The notes under the pieces were generated by a model that was given only the letters and a program-made list of their open reading frames with translations, searched no databases and had not been told where the DNA came from. The translations under genes were made by a program, and so were the position numbers. Shown piece after piece: positions 10,639 through 20,139 of a stretch of 64,000 nt of DNA. The first letter of the stretch is position 1; each line of letters begins with the position of its first letter. The stretch lies in contig DATFYA010000187.1 in assembly GCA_035315345.1 (NCBI GenBank), positions 3,436 to 67,435 of the forward strand, written 5' to 3'. This DNA is from Candidatus Methylomirabilota bacterium (GTDB taxonomy: Bacteria > Methylomirabilota > Methylomirabilia > Rokubacteriales > CSP1-6).

Positions 10639-12192
10639 ATGACCGCGGCCATCGAGGTGCCCGAGCGCTTCAACGCGGCCGCGCACTTCCTCGATCGCCA
10701 CGTCGCCGAAGGCCGCGGCGGCCGTACCGCCTTCCGGTTCGACGGCCGCGCGGTCACCTACGGAGCGATCGCGCTGCGGGCCAACCGCCTGGGCAACGCG
10801 CTCCGGTCGCGCGGAGTCCAGATGGAGCAGCGCGTGCTGCTGGCGTTGCCGGATCGGCCCGAGTTCGCCGAGGCGTTCTGGGGCGCGATGAAGATCGGGG
10901 CGGTGCCGGTGCCGGTGAGCGAGTCGCTGCCCGCCGAGGAGCTGGCGTTCCTGCTCGCGGACAGCCGGGCCCGCGCGGTGGTCGCCTCGGAGACGGCGGT
11001 CGCCGCGATCCTCCCCGTGCGCTCCCGCTGTCCCGCCCTCGAGGCGGTGATCGCGGTGGGCGGCCGGCGGCGCGCGGCCCTCGAGTACGAGCGGCTGCTG
11101 GAGCGCGCCTCGCCGGAGCTCGAGCCGGCCGAGACCAGCCGGGACGACGTGGCCCTGTGGGGCTACACCTCGGGCTCCACCGGCCGCCCCAAGGCCGCGG
11201 TGCACCTGCATCACGATCTCGTGCACTCGGCCGAGCTGGTGGGCCGCGGCATCTTCGGCATCGGGCCCGACGATCTGATCTTCTCGGCGTCCAAGCTGCA
11301 CTTCGCCTTCGGCCTGGGCAACTCGCTCTACTTCCCGGCGCTGGTGGGCGCGGCCTCGCTGCTGGTGCCCGAGCGGCTCGAGGCGGAGCGGATCTTCGAG
11401 CTGATCGAGGCCGAGCGGCCCACCGTGCTCTTCGCGGTGGCCACCGTCTACCGACGGCTGCTCCAGGTGGCGGAGGCGGAGCGGCGCTTCGACTGCTCGT
11501 CGCTGCGGCTCTGCGTCTCGTCGGGCGAGGCGCTGCCGCCCGCCCTCTTCCACGGCTGGAAGTCGCGCTTCGGCCACGAGCTGCTGGACGTGCTCGGCTC
11601 CACCGAGGCCCTGCACGACTACATCGCCAACCGGCCGGGCGAGGCGCGGCCCGGCTCGAGCGGCCGGATCGTCCCGGGCTACGAGGCGCGGCTGGTGGAC
11701 GACGCCGGTCGTCCGGTGGCGCCGGGCATGGTGGGCCAGCTGCTCATCAAGGGCGATTCCACCGCGCCGTGCTACTGGAACCGTCACGAGCGCACCAAGG
11801 CCACGATGCTGGGTGAGTGGCTGCGCACCGGCGACATGTTCTACGCGGACACCGACGGCTACTACTACTTCTGCGGCCGCGCCGACGACATGCTGAAGGT
11901 CGGCGGCATGTGGGTCTCGCCCACCGAGGTCGAGGCCTGCCTGGGCGAGCACGCGGCGATCGCGGAGGTGGCGGTCATCGGTCGGGGCGACGCCGACGGG
12001 CTCACCAAGCCGCATGCCTACTGCGTGCTGCGGGAGGGCGTCGCCGACACCGACGCGCTCGCGGCCGAGCTGCGGGAGTCGGTGCGCGCGCGGCTGGGCG
12101 GCTACAAGTCGCCGCGCTGGATCGACTTCGTGGCGGAGCTGCCCAGGACCGCCACCGGCAAGATCCAGCGGTTCGCGCTGCGCCAGCGGTAG
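10639..12192 (+). CDS. AMP-dependent CoA ligase (benzoate/4-hydroxybenzoate-CoA ligase-like)
   Basis: YTSGSTGRPKAAVHLHHDL AMP-binding motif, ...KVGGMWVSPTEVE..., and a C-terminal conserved lysine motif (TATGKIQRFALRQ). Confidence 0.75.
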   Translation: MTAAIEVPERFNAAAHFLDRHVAEGRGGRTAFRFDGRAVTYGAIALRANRLGNALRSRGVQMEQRVLLALPDRPEFAEAFWGAMKIGAVPVPVSESLPAEELAFLLADSRARAVVASETAVAAILPVRSRCPALEAVIAVGGRRRAALEYERLLERASPELEPAETSRDDVALWGYTSGSTGRPKAAVHLHHDLVHSAELVGRGIFGIGPDDLIFSASKLHFAFGLGNSLYFPALVGAASLLVPERLEAERIFELIEAERPTVLFAVATVYRRLLQVAEAERRFDCSSLRLCVSSGEALPPALFHGWKSRFGHELLDVLGSTEALHDYIANRPGEARPGSSGRIVPGYEARLVDDAGRPVAPGMVGQLLIKGDSTAPCYWNRHERTKATMLGEWLRTGDMFYADTDGYYYFCGRADDMLKVGGMWVSPTEVEACLGEHAAIAEVAVIGRGDADGLTKPHAYCVLREGVADTDALAAELRESVRARLGGYKSPRWIDFVAELPRTATGKIQRFALRQR

Positions 12193-12990
12193 ATGCGCGT
12201 CGTGGTCGAGCGGCTGTCCAAGATCTACGCAGATCGCCGCGGACGCGAAGTGGCCGCCCTGCGCGGCGTCGATCTAAAGGTGGACTCGCAGGAGTTCGTC
12301 GCGCTGCTCGGACCCTCCGGCTGCGGCAAGTCCACGCTGCTCGGCATCATCGCGGGGCTCCTGCCCGCCACGTCCGGGCAGGTCTACTTCGAGGGCGAGG
12401 CGCGGCCCGGCCGGCCCACGTCGGCGACCGTGTTCCAGGAGTTCGCGCTCTTCCCCTGGCGCACCGTGCAGGCCAACGTCGAGTTCGGGCTCGAGGAGCT
12501 GGGCGTCGCCGGAGCCGAGCGTGCCGAGCGGACGCGGCGCTACCTGGCCATGACCGGCCTCGCCGGCTTCGAGGGCAAGTACCCGCACCAGCTCTCGGGG
12601 GGCATGCGCCAGCGGGTGGGCATCGCGCGGGCCCTCGCGGTCGAGCCGGCAGTGCTGCTCATGGACGAGCCGTTCTCGGCCCTGGACGCGCAGACCCGCA
12701 CCCTGATGATGGAGGAATTGCTGGCGATCTGGGCGCGGACGCGCCAGAGCATCCTCTATGTCACCCACAACATCCAGGAGGCCGTGTTCATGGCCGACCG
12801 GGTGATCGTGCTGTCGCGGCGTCCCGGCGAGGTGCTCGACGTGGTGCCGATCGGGCTCGCGCGCCCGCGCCGCGAGAGCCAGCAGACGGACGCCGCCTTC
12901 GCCCAGGCGGCCGCGCGCATCTGGGCCCTGATCAAGTCGCAGGCCCAGGCCGCCCTGCTCGAGAGCGCGCCGGCGGAGCGCGCCGGGTGA
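12193..12990 (+). CDS. ABC transporter ATP-binding protein (NitT/TauT family)
   Basis: Walker [10 protein letters not shown], signature [15 protein letters not shown], Walker [12 protein letters not shown]. Confidence 0.85.
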   Translation: MRVVVERLSKIYADRRGREVAALRGVDLKVDSQEFVALLGPSGCGKSTLLGIIAGLLPATSGQVYFEGEARPGRPTSATVFQEFALFPWRTVQANVEFGLEELGVAGAERAERTRRYLAMTGLAGFEGKYPHQLSGGMRQRVGIARALAVEPAVLLMDEPFSALDAQTRTLMMEELLAIWARTRQSILYVTHNIQEAVFMADRVIVLSRRPGEVLDVVPIGLARPRRESQQTDAAFAQAAARIWALIKSQAQAALLESAPAERAG

Positions 12991-13787
12991 TGGCGGTGGA
13001 GCGGCTGGTCGTGGTCGATCGCGCCGCGTTCCTCCGCCGGCCCGAGCACCGGACCGTGCGCGTGCTCGCGCTGGCCGGCCTCGTGCTGCTGTGGGAGGCG
13101 GTCACCCGCACCGGGTGGGTGTCGTCGCTGTTCCTGCCCGCCCCGTCCGCGGTGCTGGCCGAGGGCTACGACATGGCGCGCTCCGGCCAGCTGTTCGTGC
13201 ACCTCGGGACGAGCCTGGCGCGGCTGGCCTGGGGCTTCGGCATCGGCGCGGCCGCCGGCATCGGGGTCGGGGTGGCGGTGGGATTCTTCTCGCTCGCCGA
13301 CGCGGTGGTGCAGCCGATCATCGCGGCCACGTTCCCGATCCCCAAGATCGCGCTGCTGCCGCTGCTGATCCTCTGGCTCGGCATCGGCGAGGCGTCCAAG
13401 GTCGCGGTGGTGGCGCTCGGCGTCTTCTTCCCGATGGCCATCAATACCTACGCGGGCGTCCGCCAGGCCGATCCGCTCCTCATCCGCGCGGCGGTCTCGT
13501 TCGGCGCGGGACGCTGGAGCGTCATCAGGAAAGTCGTGCTGCCGTCGGCGCTGCCCATGGTGTTCGCCGGCCTCAAGCTGGGCGCCGGCATCGCGCTGCT
13601 GCTGCTGGTGGCCGCCGAGCAGATCGCGGCCGACGCGGGCATCGGCTTCCTGATCTTGCAGTCCGGCAACCTGATGGAGACGACCCGGCTCATGGTCGGC
13701 ATCGTGGTGCTCTCGCTGCTGGGCGTGTGTTCGCACTGGGCGCTGGGCGGCCTCGAGCGCGCGGTGATCCGGTGGCGCCACTCGTGA
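12990..13787 (+). CDS. ABC transporter permease (NitT/TauT family)
   Basis: ATG overlaps the upstream stop. Six hydrophobic segments. Part of the overlapping ORF 11817..13787. Confidence 0.8.
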   Translation: MAVERLVVVDRAAFLRRPEHRTVRVLALAGLVLLWEAVTRTGWVSSLFLPAPSAVLAEGYDMARSGQLFVHLGTSLARLAWGFGIGAAAGIGVGVAVGFFSLADAVVQPIIAATFPIPKIALLPLLILWLGIGEASKVAVVALGVFFPMAINTYAGVRQADPLLIRAAVSFGAGRWSVIRKVVLPSALPMVFAGLKLGAGIALLLLVAAEQIAADAGIGFLILQSGNLMETTRLMVGIVVLSLLGVCSHWALGGLERAVIRWRHS

Positions 13788-13816
13788 ACTCGCGACTCGA
13801 TCGGAGGACGCTTCGC

Positions 13817-14857
13817 ATGCGCGTGATTCGACTGCTCGCCCGGCCGCTCTTCCTCCTCGCCCTCGCCGCCGGCGTCCTCGCCGGGCCGCTCGCCCAGGCT
13901 CAGCCCAAGCCGGCGCCGGTGAAAATCGGCGTCCTCAAGCTCACCTCCTCCGCGCCCGTCTTCGTGGGGGCGGAGAAGGGCTTCTTCCGCGAAGAAGGAA
14001 TCGAGCCCGAGCTGGTGTACTTCCAGGCCGCCGCGCCCATCGCCATCGCGCTGGCCGCGGGCCAGCTGGACGTCGGCGCCACCGGGCTCACCGCCGCCCT
14101 CTACAACATCGTGCTGGGCGGCGAGAAGCTGTGGATCGTCGCCGACAAGGGCCGCGAATGGCCCGGCTATCCGCTCGTGGCGATCGTCGTACAGAAGGAC
14201 CTCTGGGAGAGCGGGCTGCGCTCCATCCGGGACTTGAAGGGCCGGCGGATCGGCGTGACGCAGCTGGGCTCGACGTTCCACTACCACATCGGCAACATCC
14301 TGGAAAAGGACGGGCTCTCGCTGGCCGACGTGAAGATCGTGCCGCTGCAGGCCATGGCCGCCACCATGGAGGCGCTGAAGGGCAAGCAGGTGGACGCCAT
14401 CCTGGTGCCGCAGCCGTTCCCGGGCGCCGCCGAGGCGCAGGGCTTCGGCCGGATCGTGGCGTGGGCGGGCGATCTCTACCCGTGGCAGATCGCCACGATC
14501 TTCTACTCGGGCAAGTTCGCGGGCGACCGGGCGCGCGCGGTGGCGTTCATGAGGGGCTACGTGAAGGCCTCGCGCTATTACTTCGACGCGGCGCTGATCC
14601 AGAAGGACGGCCGCACCGTGCCGGGCGTCCACTACGACGAGGTCGTCGACATCACCGCGCGGTACACCGGCGCGCGGCCCGAGATCATCAAGCTCGGCTT
14701 TCCCTACCAGGACCGCAACGGCCGGCTGCTCGTGCCCGACATCCAGCGGCAGATGGCCTGGTGGGCCGCCAACGGGTTCATGAAGAAGCCGCTGCCGTTG
14801 GCCGGGATCGTCGACACCTCGTTCGTGGAGGAGGCCGTGAGGGCGCTCGATCGCTGA
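13817..14857 (+). CDS. ABC transporter substrate-binding protein (NMT1/SsuA-like)
   Basis: Signal peptide MRVIRLLARPLFLLALAAGVLAGPLAQA, then PVKIGVLKLTSSAPVFVGAEKGFF. Real start is the internal ATG of ORF 13091..14857. Confidence 0.8.
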   Translation: MRVIRLLARPLFLLALAAGVLAGPLAQAQPKPAPVKIGVLKLTSSAPVFVGAEKGFFREEGIEPELVYFQAAAPIAIALAAGQLDVGATGLTAALYNIVLGGEKLWIVADKGREWPGYPLVAIVVQKDLWESGLRSIRDLKGRRIGVTQLGSTFHYHIGNILEKDGLSLADVKIVPLQAMAATMEALKGKQVDAILVPQPFPGAAEAQGFGRIVAWAGDLYPWQIATIFYSGKFAGDRARAVAFMRGYVKASRYYFDAALIQKDGRTVPGVHYDEVVDITARYTGARPEIIKLGFPYQDRNGRLLVPDIQRQMAWWAANGFMKKPLPLAGIVDTSFVEEAVRALDR

Positions 14858-14914
14858 ATCGGCGCGGGTTTGCGTTGCGCCGTCCCGGTGGATGCTGCTA
14901 TCATTTCCCCCGAC

Positions 14915-16426
14915 GTGAGTGCCCCGTTCGGGAAGGTCCTCATCGCGAATCGCGGCGAGATCGCCGTGCGGATCATCCGGGCCTGCCGCGAGCTGCACAT
15001 CAAGACCGTCGCCGTCTTCTCCGACGTCGATCGTGAGTCGCTCCACGTCCTGCTGGCCGACGAGGCCGTCGGCATCGGCCCGGCGCCCGCGGTGGAGAGC
15101 TATCTCGTCATCGACCGGCTCATCGCGGCGGCCCGGAGCACGGGTGCCGACGCCGTGCATCCCGGCTATGGATTCCTCGCCGAGAACGCGGCGTTCGCGC
15201 AGGCCTGTCAGGACGCCGGGCTCACGTTCATCGGCCCGCCGCCCGCGGCCATCCGCGCGATGGGCGACAAGATGGCGGCGCGCCGGCTGGCCATCACGAT
15301 GGGCGTGCCGGTGGTGCCGGGCACCGAGCAGCCGATCGCCGACGACGCGGAGGCCGCGCGGGTGGCGGGACGGGTGGGCTACCCGGTCATGCTCAAGGCC
15401 GCGATGGGCGGCGGCGGCAAGGGCATGCGGCTCGTGCGGGCCCCCGGCGAGCTGGCCGGCGCGCTGCGCGCCGCGCGCGCCGAGGCGGGTGCTGCGTTCG
15501 GCGATGCCGCCGTGTACATCGAGCGCTTCGTGGAGGAGCCGCGCCACATCGAGATCCAGGTCCTGGCCGACGCCCACGGCGGCATCGTGTACCTGGGCGA
15601 GCGCGAATGCTCGATCCAGCGTCGGCACCAGAAGCTGGTGGAGGAGAGCCCGTCGTCGTTCGTGACCCCGGAGATGCGGCGGCGCATGGGCGAGGCGGCC
15701 TGCCGGGTGGCCGCGGCGGCCGGCTACGTCAACGCCGGGACCGTGGAGTTCCTGGTCGATCGCGAGCGCAACTTCTACTTCCTCGAGATGAACACCCGGC
15801 TGCAGGTCGAGCACCCGGTGACCGAGCTGGTGACCGGGCGCGACCTGGTGAAGGACCAGCTGCGAATCGCCGCTGGTGAGAAGCTGGGCTTCGGCCAGGA
15901 CGACGTCGCGCTCTCGGGCTGGGCGATCGAGTGCCGGATCAACGCCGAGAATCCCTACGCCTCGTTCATCCCGTCGCCCGGGCACGTGGCCGGGCTGCGG
16001 GTGCCCGGCGGCCCGTGGGTGCGCGACGACACCGGGGTCTACGCCGGCTGCACGATCCCGCGCTTCTACGACACCCTGATGGCCAAGCTGATCGTCTGGG
16101 GGCCCGACCGCGAGGCGGCGACCGCGCGCATGGCGCGGGCGCTCGAGGAGTACAAGGTCGTCGGCGTGCAGACCACGATCCCGATCCTTCAGCGGATCAT
16201 CGCGCATCCGGACTTCTCGGCCGGACGTCTGTCCACCGGGTTCATGGAGCGCCTGCTCGCGGCGGACCGGCCGGAGGCCGCCGGCCGCCACCGCCGGATC
16301 GCGCTGATCGCGGCGGCGCTCACCGCCTACGAGCGGGCCGGCCGTCCGGGCCCGGCGAGCGCCGCGTCTGCCCCCTCGTCGAGCGCGTGGCGGCAAGCGC
16401 TGCGCCCGGGCTGGAGTGAGCGGTGA
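14915..16426 (+). CDS. biotin carboxylase (acyl-CoA carboxylase alpha chain, BC domain plus start of BT linker)
   Basis: KVLIANRGEIAVRIIRACREL...MLKAAMGGGGKGMRLV...EMNTRLQVEHPVTE ATP-grasp biotin carboxylase motifs. About 55 aa C-terminal extension. GTG start chosen at 14915. Confidence 0.8.
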   Translation: MSAPFGKVLIANRGEIAVRIIRACRELHIKTVAVFSDVDRESLHVLLADEAVGIGPAPAVESYLVIDRLIAAARSTGADAVHPGYGFLAENAAFAQACQDAGLTFIGPPPAAIRAMGDKMAARRLAITMGVPVVPGTEQPIADDAEAARVAGRVGYPVMLKAAMGGGGKGMRLVRAPGELAGALRAARAEAGAAFGDAAVYIERFVEEPRHIEIQVLADAHGGIVYLGERECSIQRRHQKLVEESPSSFVTPEMRRRMGEAACRVAAAAGYVNAGTVEFLVDRERNFYFLEMNTRLQVEHPVTELVTGRDLVKDQLRIAAGEKLGFGQDDVALSGWAIECRINAENPYASFIPSPGHVAGLRVPGGPWVRDDTGVYAGCTIPRFYDTLMAKLIVWGPDREAATARMARALEEYKVVGVQTTIPILQRIIAHPDFSAGRLSTGFMERLLAADRPEAAGRHRRIALIAAALTAYERAGRPGPASAASAPSSSAWRQALRPGWSER

Positions 16427-16920
16427 AGTTCGTGGCCCAGGCCGGCGGGGCGATCACCCCGATCGAGGTGACCGGGGAGGCGGGGCGCTACACCATCGTC
16501 CTCGACGGCGCGACCCTCACGGTGGACGCGCGCCGCGGCGGCGAGGGCATCTGGTCCATCCTGCTCGACGGCGCCTCCCACGTGGCGGAGGTGACGGATC
16601 AGGACGGCACCTGCGCGGTGGACGTCGGCGGCGAGCGCTACGCGATCCGGGTCGAGGAGGAGTCGCGCTACATCATCCGCACCCGCGGGGCCGGCGGGGC
16701 CGAGCCCGGGCAGGTGCTGAAGGCGCCGATGCCGGGCAAGGTGACGGTCATCCAGGTCTCGGTGGGGCAGTCGGTGGCTGCCGGCGACGGGCTCATCGTG
16801 CTGGAGGCCATGAAGATGGAGAACGAGTTCAAGGCGCAGGTGGCGGGCACGGTGAAGGAGATCCGGGTGGCGGCCGGCCAGCCCGTGAACCCCGGCGACG
16901 TGCTGATGGTCATCGAGTAG
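16423..16920 (+). CDS. biotin carboxyl carrier domain protein (BT-hook plus biotinyl domain)
   Basis: C-terminal EAMKMENEF biotinylation motif. Overlaps the BC ORF by 4 nt (GTGA). Confidence 0.75.
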   Translation: MKFVAQAGGAITPIEVTGEAGRYTIVLDGATLTVDARRGGEGIWSILLDGASHVAEVTDQDGTCAVDVGGERYAIRVEEESRYIIRTRGAGGAEPGQVLKAPMPGKVTVIQVSVGQSVAAGDGLIVLEAMKMENEFKAQVAGTVKEIRVAAGQPVNPGDVLMVIE

Positions 16921-16930
16921 CCGAGACGCC

Positions 16931-17668
16931 GTGGCCCCCGCGATCGAGTTCCGAGGCGTCAACAAGTGGTTCGGCGACCACCACGTGCTCACCGACGTGG
17001 ACCTGAGCGTGGACGCCGGCGAGGTCATCGTGGTCTGCGGGCCCTCCGGCTCGGGCAAGAGCACCTTGATCCGCTGCGTGAACCGGCTCGAGCCGATCCA
17101 GAAGGGCGAGATCCGGGTGCACGGCCAGGCCATCTCGGGACAGGGCGTCAACCTGGTCAAGCTGCGCGCCGAGGTGGGGATGGTCTTCCAGTCCTTCAAC
17201 CTCTTCCCCCACATGACGGTGCTGCAGAACATCATGCTGGCCCCCCGCAAGGTGAAGGGCCTGGACGCGGCGGCGGCCGAGAAGATCGCGCGCGGCCTGC
17301 TGGAGCGTGTGCGCATCCCGGACCGCGCGGACTACTATCCGGCGAACCTCTCGGGCGGCCAGCAGCAGCGGGTGGCGATCGCCCGCGCGCTCGCGATGCA
17401 GCCGCGGATCATGCTGTTCGACGAGCCCACCTCGGCGCTCGATCCCGAGATGATCAACGAGGTGCTGGACGTCATGACCGACCTGGCCCGCGAGGGCATG
17501 ACCATGATGGTGGTCACCCACGAGATGGGCTTTGCCCGCCGGGTGGCCAGCCGCGTGGTGTTCATGGACTACGGGCGCGTGGTGGAGGTGCAGGAGCCGG
17601 AATCCTTCTTCGCCGCCCCCCAGTCGGACCGGGCGAAGGACTTCCTGTCCAAGATCCTGTCGCACTGA
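16931..17668 (+). CDS. polar amino acid ABC transporter ATP-binding protein (GlnQ/HisP family)
   Basis: GPSGSGKST Walker A, LSGGQQQRVAIARAL, MLFDEPTSALD. Confidence 0.85.
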   Translation: MAPAIEFRGVNKWFGDHHVLTDVDLSVDAGEVIVVCGPSGSGKSTLIRCVNRLEPIQKGEIRVHGQAISGQGVNLVKLRAEVGMVFQSFNLFPHMTVLQNIMLAPRKVKGLDAAAAEKIARGLLERVRIPDRADYYPANLSGGQQQRVAIARALAMQPRIMLFDEPTSALDPEMINEVLDVMTDLAREGMTMMVVTHEMGFARRVASRVVFMDYGRVVEVQEPESFFAAPQSDRAKDFLSKILSH

Positions 17669-17694
17669 ACCAACCCAATCCAAGGAGGACGTGA

Positions 17695-18558
17695 ATGCAA
17701 CGACTGATGGGACTCGTGATGGCGCTGGCGCTGCTCGTGGCCGGGATGTCCCCGGCGCTGGCCCAGCAGAAGAGCACGCTGGACAAGATCGGGGAGACGG
17801 GCACGCTCACCATCGGCACCCGCACCGGCTCGCCGCCCTTCGGCTACGTGAACTCGAAGAACGAGTGGGTGGGCTTCTCGATCGACCTGGTGGAGGAATT
17901 GATCAAGCCCGCGCTGGAGAAGAAGCTCGGCAAGCCGATCAAGGTGGAGAAGAAGGAGAGCACCCCGCCCACCCGCATTCCGCTGATCTCCTCGGGCGCG
18001 GTGGACCTCATCGCCGAGACCATGACCGACACCCGGACCCGCCGCGACAGCGTGGACTTCTCGCTCACGTTCTTCGTGACCGGCGCGCAATTCCTGGTCA
18101 AGAAGGGGAGCCCGATCAAGGGCATCAAGAACATCGACGGCAAGCGCATCGCGGCCCAGCAGGGCTCGACCAACGCGCGCATCATCCGGGAGAAGGCGTC
18201 CAAGGCGGTGCTGCGCGAGTTCCCGGACCAGCCCGCCGCCTTCCAGGCGCTGGTGCAGGGGCAGGTGGACGCCTACACCAACGACGGCATCCAGCTCGCA
18301 GGGCTCAAGGCCAAGTCGCCGAACCCGGCGCAGTGGGAGATCGTCGGCGACATGTTCTCCTACGAGCCCTACGGGATGGCGCTGCGCAAGGGTGACTCCG
18401 ACTTCCGCAACGTCGTCAATGCCGGGCTGATGGAGGGCATCGAGTCGGGCAAGTTCTTCGAGATCTACGAGAAGTGGTTCGGGCCCAACGGCGAGCTGCC
18501 GTACCCGATGTCTCCGCAGGTGCGCTCGTTCATGCTGCTGCAGGTCGTCCCCAAGTAG
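17695..18558 (+). CDS. amino acid ABC transporter substrate-binding protein (family 3 SBP)
   Basis: Signal peptide MQRLMGLVMALALLVAGMSPALAQQ, then TLTIGTRTGSPPFGYVNSKNEWVGFSIDLVEE. Confidence 0.85.
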   Translation: MQRLMGLVMALALLVAGMSPALAQQKSTLDKIGETGTLTIGTRTGSPPFGYVNSKNEWVGFSIDLVEELIKPALEKKLGKPIKVEKKESTPPTRIPLISSGAVDLIAETMTDTRTRRDSVDFSLTFFVTGAQFLVKKGSPIKGIKNIDGKRIAAQQGSTNARIIREKASKAVLREFPDQPAAFQALVQGQVDAYTNDGIQLAGLKAKSPNPAQWEIVGDMFSYEPYGMALRKGDSDFRNVVNAGLMEGIESGKFFEIYEKWFGPNGELPYPMSPQVRSFMLLQVVPK

Positions 18559-18565
18559 TCTCGTT

Positions 18566-18659
18566 CCCTCTCCCCGGAGGGGAGAGGGCAGGGTGAGGGG
18601 CTGGCGCCGGCGTGAGTCCGCCCACCCTCACCCCGGCCCTCTCCCGGGAAGGGAGAGGG
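18566..18659. repeat. REP-like palindromic element pair (two inverted copies of CCCTCTCCCC-n-GGGGAGAGGG-CAGGGTGAGGGG)
   Basis: Copy A at 18566-18600 is ccctctccccggaggggagagggcagggtgagggg. The inverted copy at 18622-18659 is ccaccctcaccccggccctctcccgggaagggagaggg. Each copy has a perfect 10-bp hairpin stem. Intergenic between the SBP and permease genes. Confidence 0.6.
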
Positions 18660-18669
18660 AGGTGGGCGC

Positions 18670-19392
18670 GTGAACTACAAGTTCAACTGGTCGGTGCTGT
18701 GGACCGGCGAGTCCGGTCAGTGGCTGCTGAGCGGGCTCATCACCACGCTCGAGCTGTCGGTGGCCGCCTGGCTGCTCGCGGTGACCCTCGGTGTCGTCTC
18801 CGGCGCGCTGCGCACGGTGCGGATGTGGCCGCTCCGCGCCGCCGCGACCCTCTACGTCGAATTCTTCCGGAACGTTCCGCTGCTGGTCTGGATGTTCTTC
18901 TGGTACTTCGCGGTGCCGCCGTTGCTGCCTCAGGCGGGGCAGGACTTCCTGTTCGCGCACGGGCTCGAGTTCTGGGCCGCGGTCTGCGCGCTGGGCGTGT
19001 ACAGCGGCGCCCGCTTCTCCGAGGTGCTGCGCTCGGGCATCCAGGCGATCCCCAGGACGCAGCTCGAGGCCTCGGTGGCCTCGGGCCTGACCACGTTCCA
19101 GGCCTATCGGTACGTGATCCTGCCGGTGGCGCTGCGGCTCATCATCCCGCCCGGCACCAACGAGTCGCTGAACCTGCTCAAGAACTCCTCGGTGGCCCTG
19201 ACCATCAGCGTGGCCGAGCTGACCTTCCAGACGCGCCAGATCGAGACCTACACCGCCAGGGCCATCGAGGCCCTGACCGCGGGCACCCTGATCTACCTGG
19301 TCCTGTGCGTCTCGATCGCCATTTTCATGTCGTGGGTGGAGCGGCGCACCGCGATCCCGGGCCTCATCGTGGGCGGGCGGCCGCGGCGCTAG
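18670..19392 (+). CDS. amino acid ABC transporter permease (GltJ-like)
   Basis: GTG start. Polytopic, with the EAA-like region RFSEVLRSGIQAIPRTQLEASVASGLT. Confidence 0.85.
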   Translation: MNYKFNWSVLWTGESGQWLLSGLITTLELSVAAWLLAVTLGVVSGALRTVRMWPLRAAATLYVEFFRNVPLLVWMFFWYFAVPPLLPQAGQDFLFAHGLEFWAAVCALGVYSGARFSEVLRSGIQAIPRTQLEASVASGLTTFQAYRYVILPVALRLIIPPGTNESLNLLKNSSVALTISVAELTFQTRQIETYTARAIEALTAGTLIYLVLCVSIAIFMSWVERRTAIPGLIVGGRPRR

Positions 19393-19394
19393 CC

Positions 19395-20072
19395 ATGCTC
19401 GACCTCGACGTCATCTGGCGCAACCTGCCGTTCCTGATGCTCCAGGGTTTCCTGGGCATCGGCAACTTCGTGGGCGGCACCCTGCGCCTGGCCATCCCGT
19501 CGATCGTGCTCGGCTTCATCCTGGGCATCTTCATCGGCATCGCGCGCCTGGCCCCGCAGTGGTGGATCCGGCTGCCCGCCACGCTGTACGTGGAGTTCTT
19601 CCGCGGCGTCCCGCTCGTCATGGTGATCTTCTGGATGTGGTTCATCATGCCGATCGTGTTGAAGACGGCGATCCCCGAGTTCGGGGTGGCCCTCACCGCG
19701 TTCGTGGTCTTCGAGGCCGCCTATCTCGGAGAGATCGTGCGCGCGGGCATCCAGTCGGTGCCCCGCGGGCAGGTGGAGGCGGCCACCGCGGTCGGATTGA
19801 CCTCCGCCCAGGGGATGCGCTTCGTGATCCTGCCCCAGGCGCTCAAGAACATGATTCCCTCACTGGTGACCCAGTTCATCGTGCTGTTCAAGGACACCTC
19901 GCTGGCCTCGATCATCGGCTTCATGGACCTGACCAAGGCCGCGCAGGTGGTGAACAACCGCGAGATCCGGCCATTCCCGATCTATCTCTTCATCGCGGTC
20001 GTGTACTGGGTCTGCACGTACTCCATGTCCCGCTACGCGCGCTACCTGGAGAAGAGGATCGGCCCTGCCTGA
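19395..20072 (+). CDS. amino acid ABC transporter permease (GltK-like)
   Basis: Internal ATG of ORF 18612..20072. Contains EAAYLGEIVRAGIQSVPRGQVEAATAVGLT. Confidence 0.85.
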   Translation: MLDLDVIWRNLPFLMLQGFLGIGNFVGGTLRLAIPSIVLGFILGIFIGIARLAPQWWIRLPATLYVEFFRGVPLVMVIFWMWFIMPIVLKTAIPEFGVALTAFVVFEAAYLGEIVRAGIQSVPRGQVEAATAVGLTSAQGMRFVILPQALKNMIPSLVTQFIVLFKDTSLASIIGFMDLTKAAQVVNNREIRPFPIYLFIAVVYWVCTYSMSRYARYLEKRIGPA

Positions 20073-20139
20073 AGTCGTCCTGCCGTCCGGCGTCCGCCTG
20101 CACTGGCGCGAGGCTTCGGCCGATGGGGCGCCCGCCGAC

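Noticed and set aside
9313-12015. 900-aa minus ORF spanning the DUF1634 gene, TauE (other frame) and the CoA ligase region
   Set aside because: Only the last 134 codons (hydrophobic, downstream of an in-frame GTG that overlaps the TauE stop) look like a real protein. The rest is antisense to the CoA-ligase gene.
13091-13816. 5' two-thirds of ORF 13091..14857
   Set aside because: It overlaps the permease gene in another frame. The substrate-binding protein begins at the internal ATG 13817, which is followed by a signal peptide.
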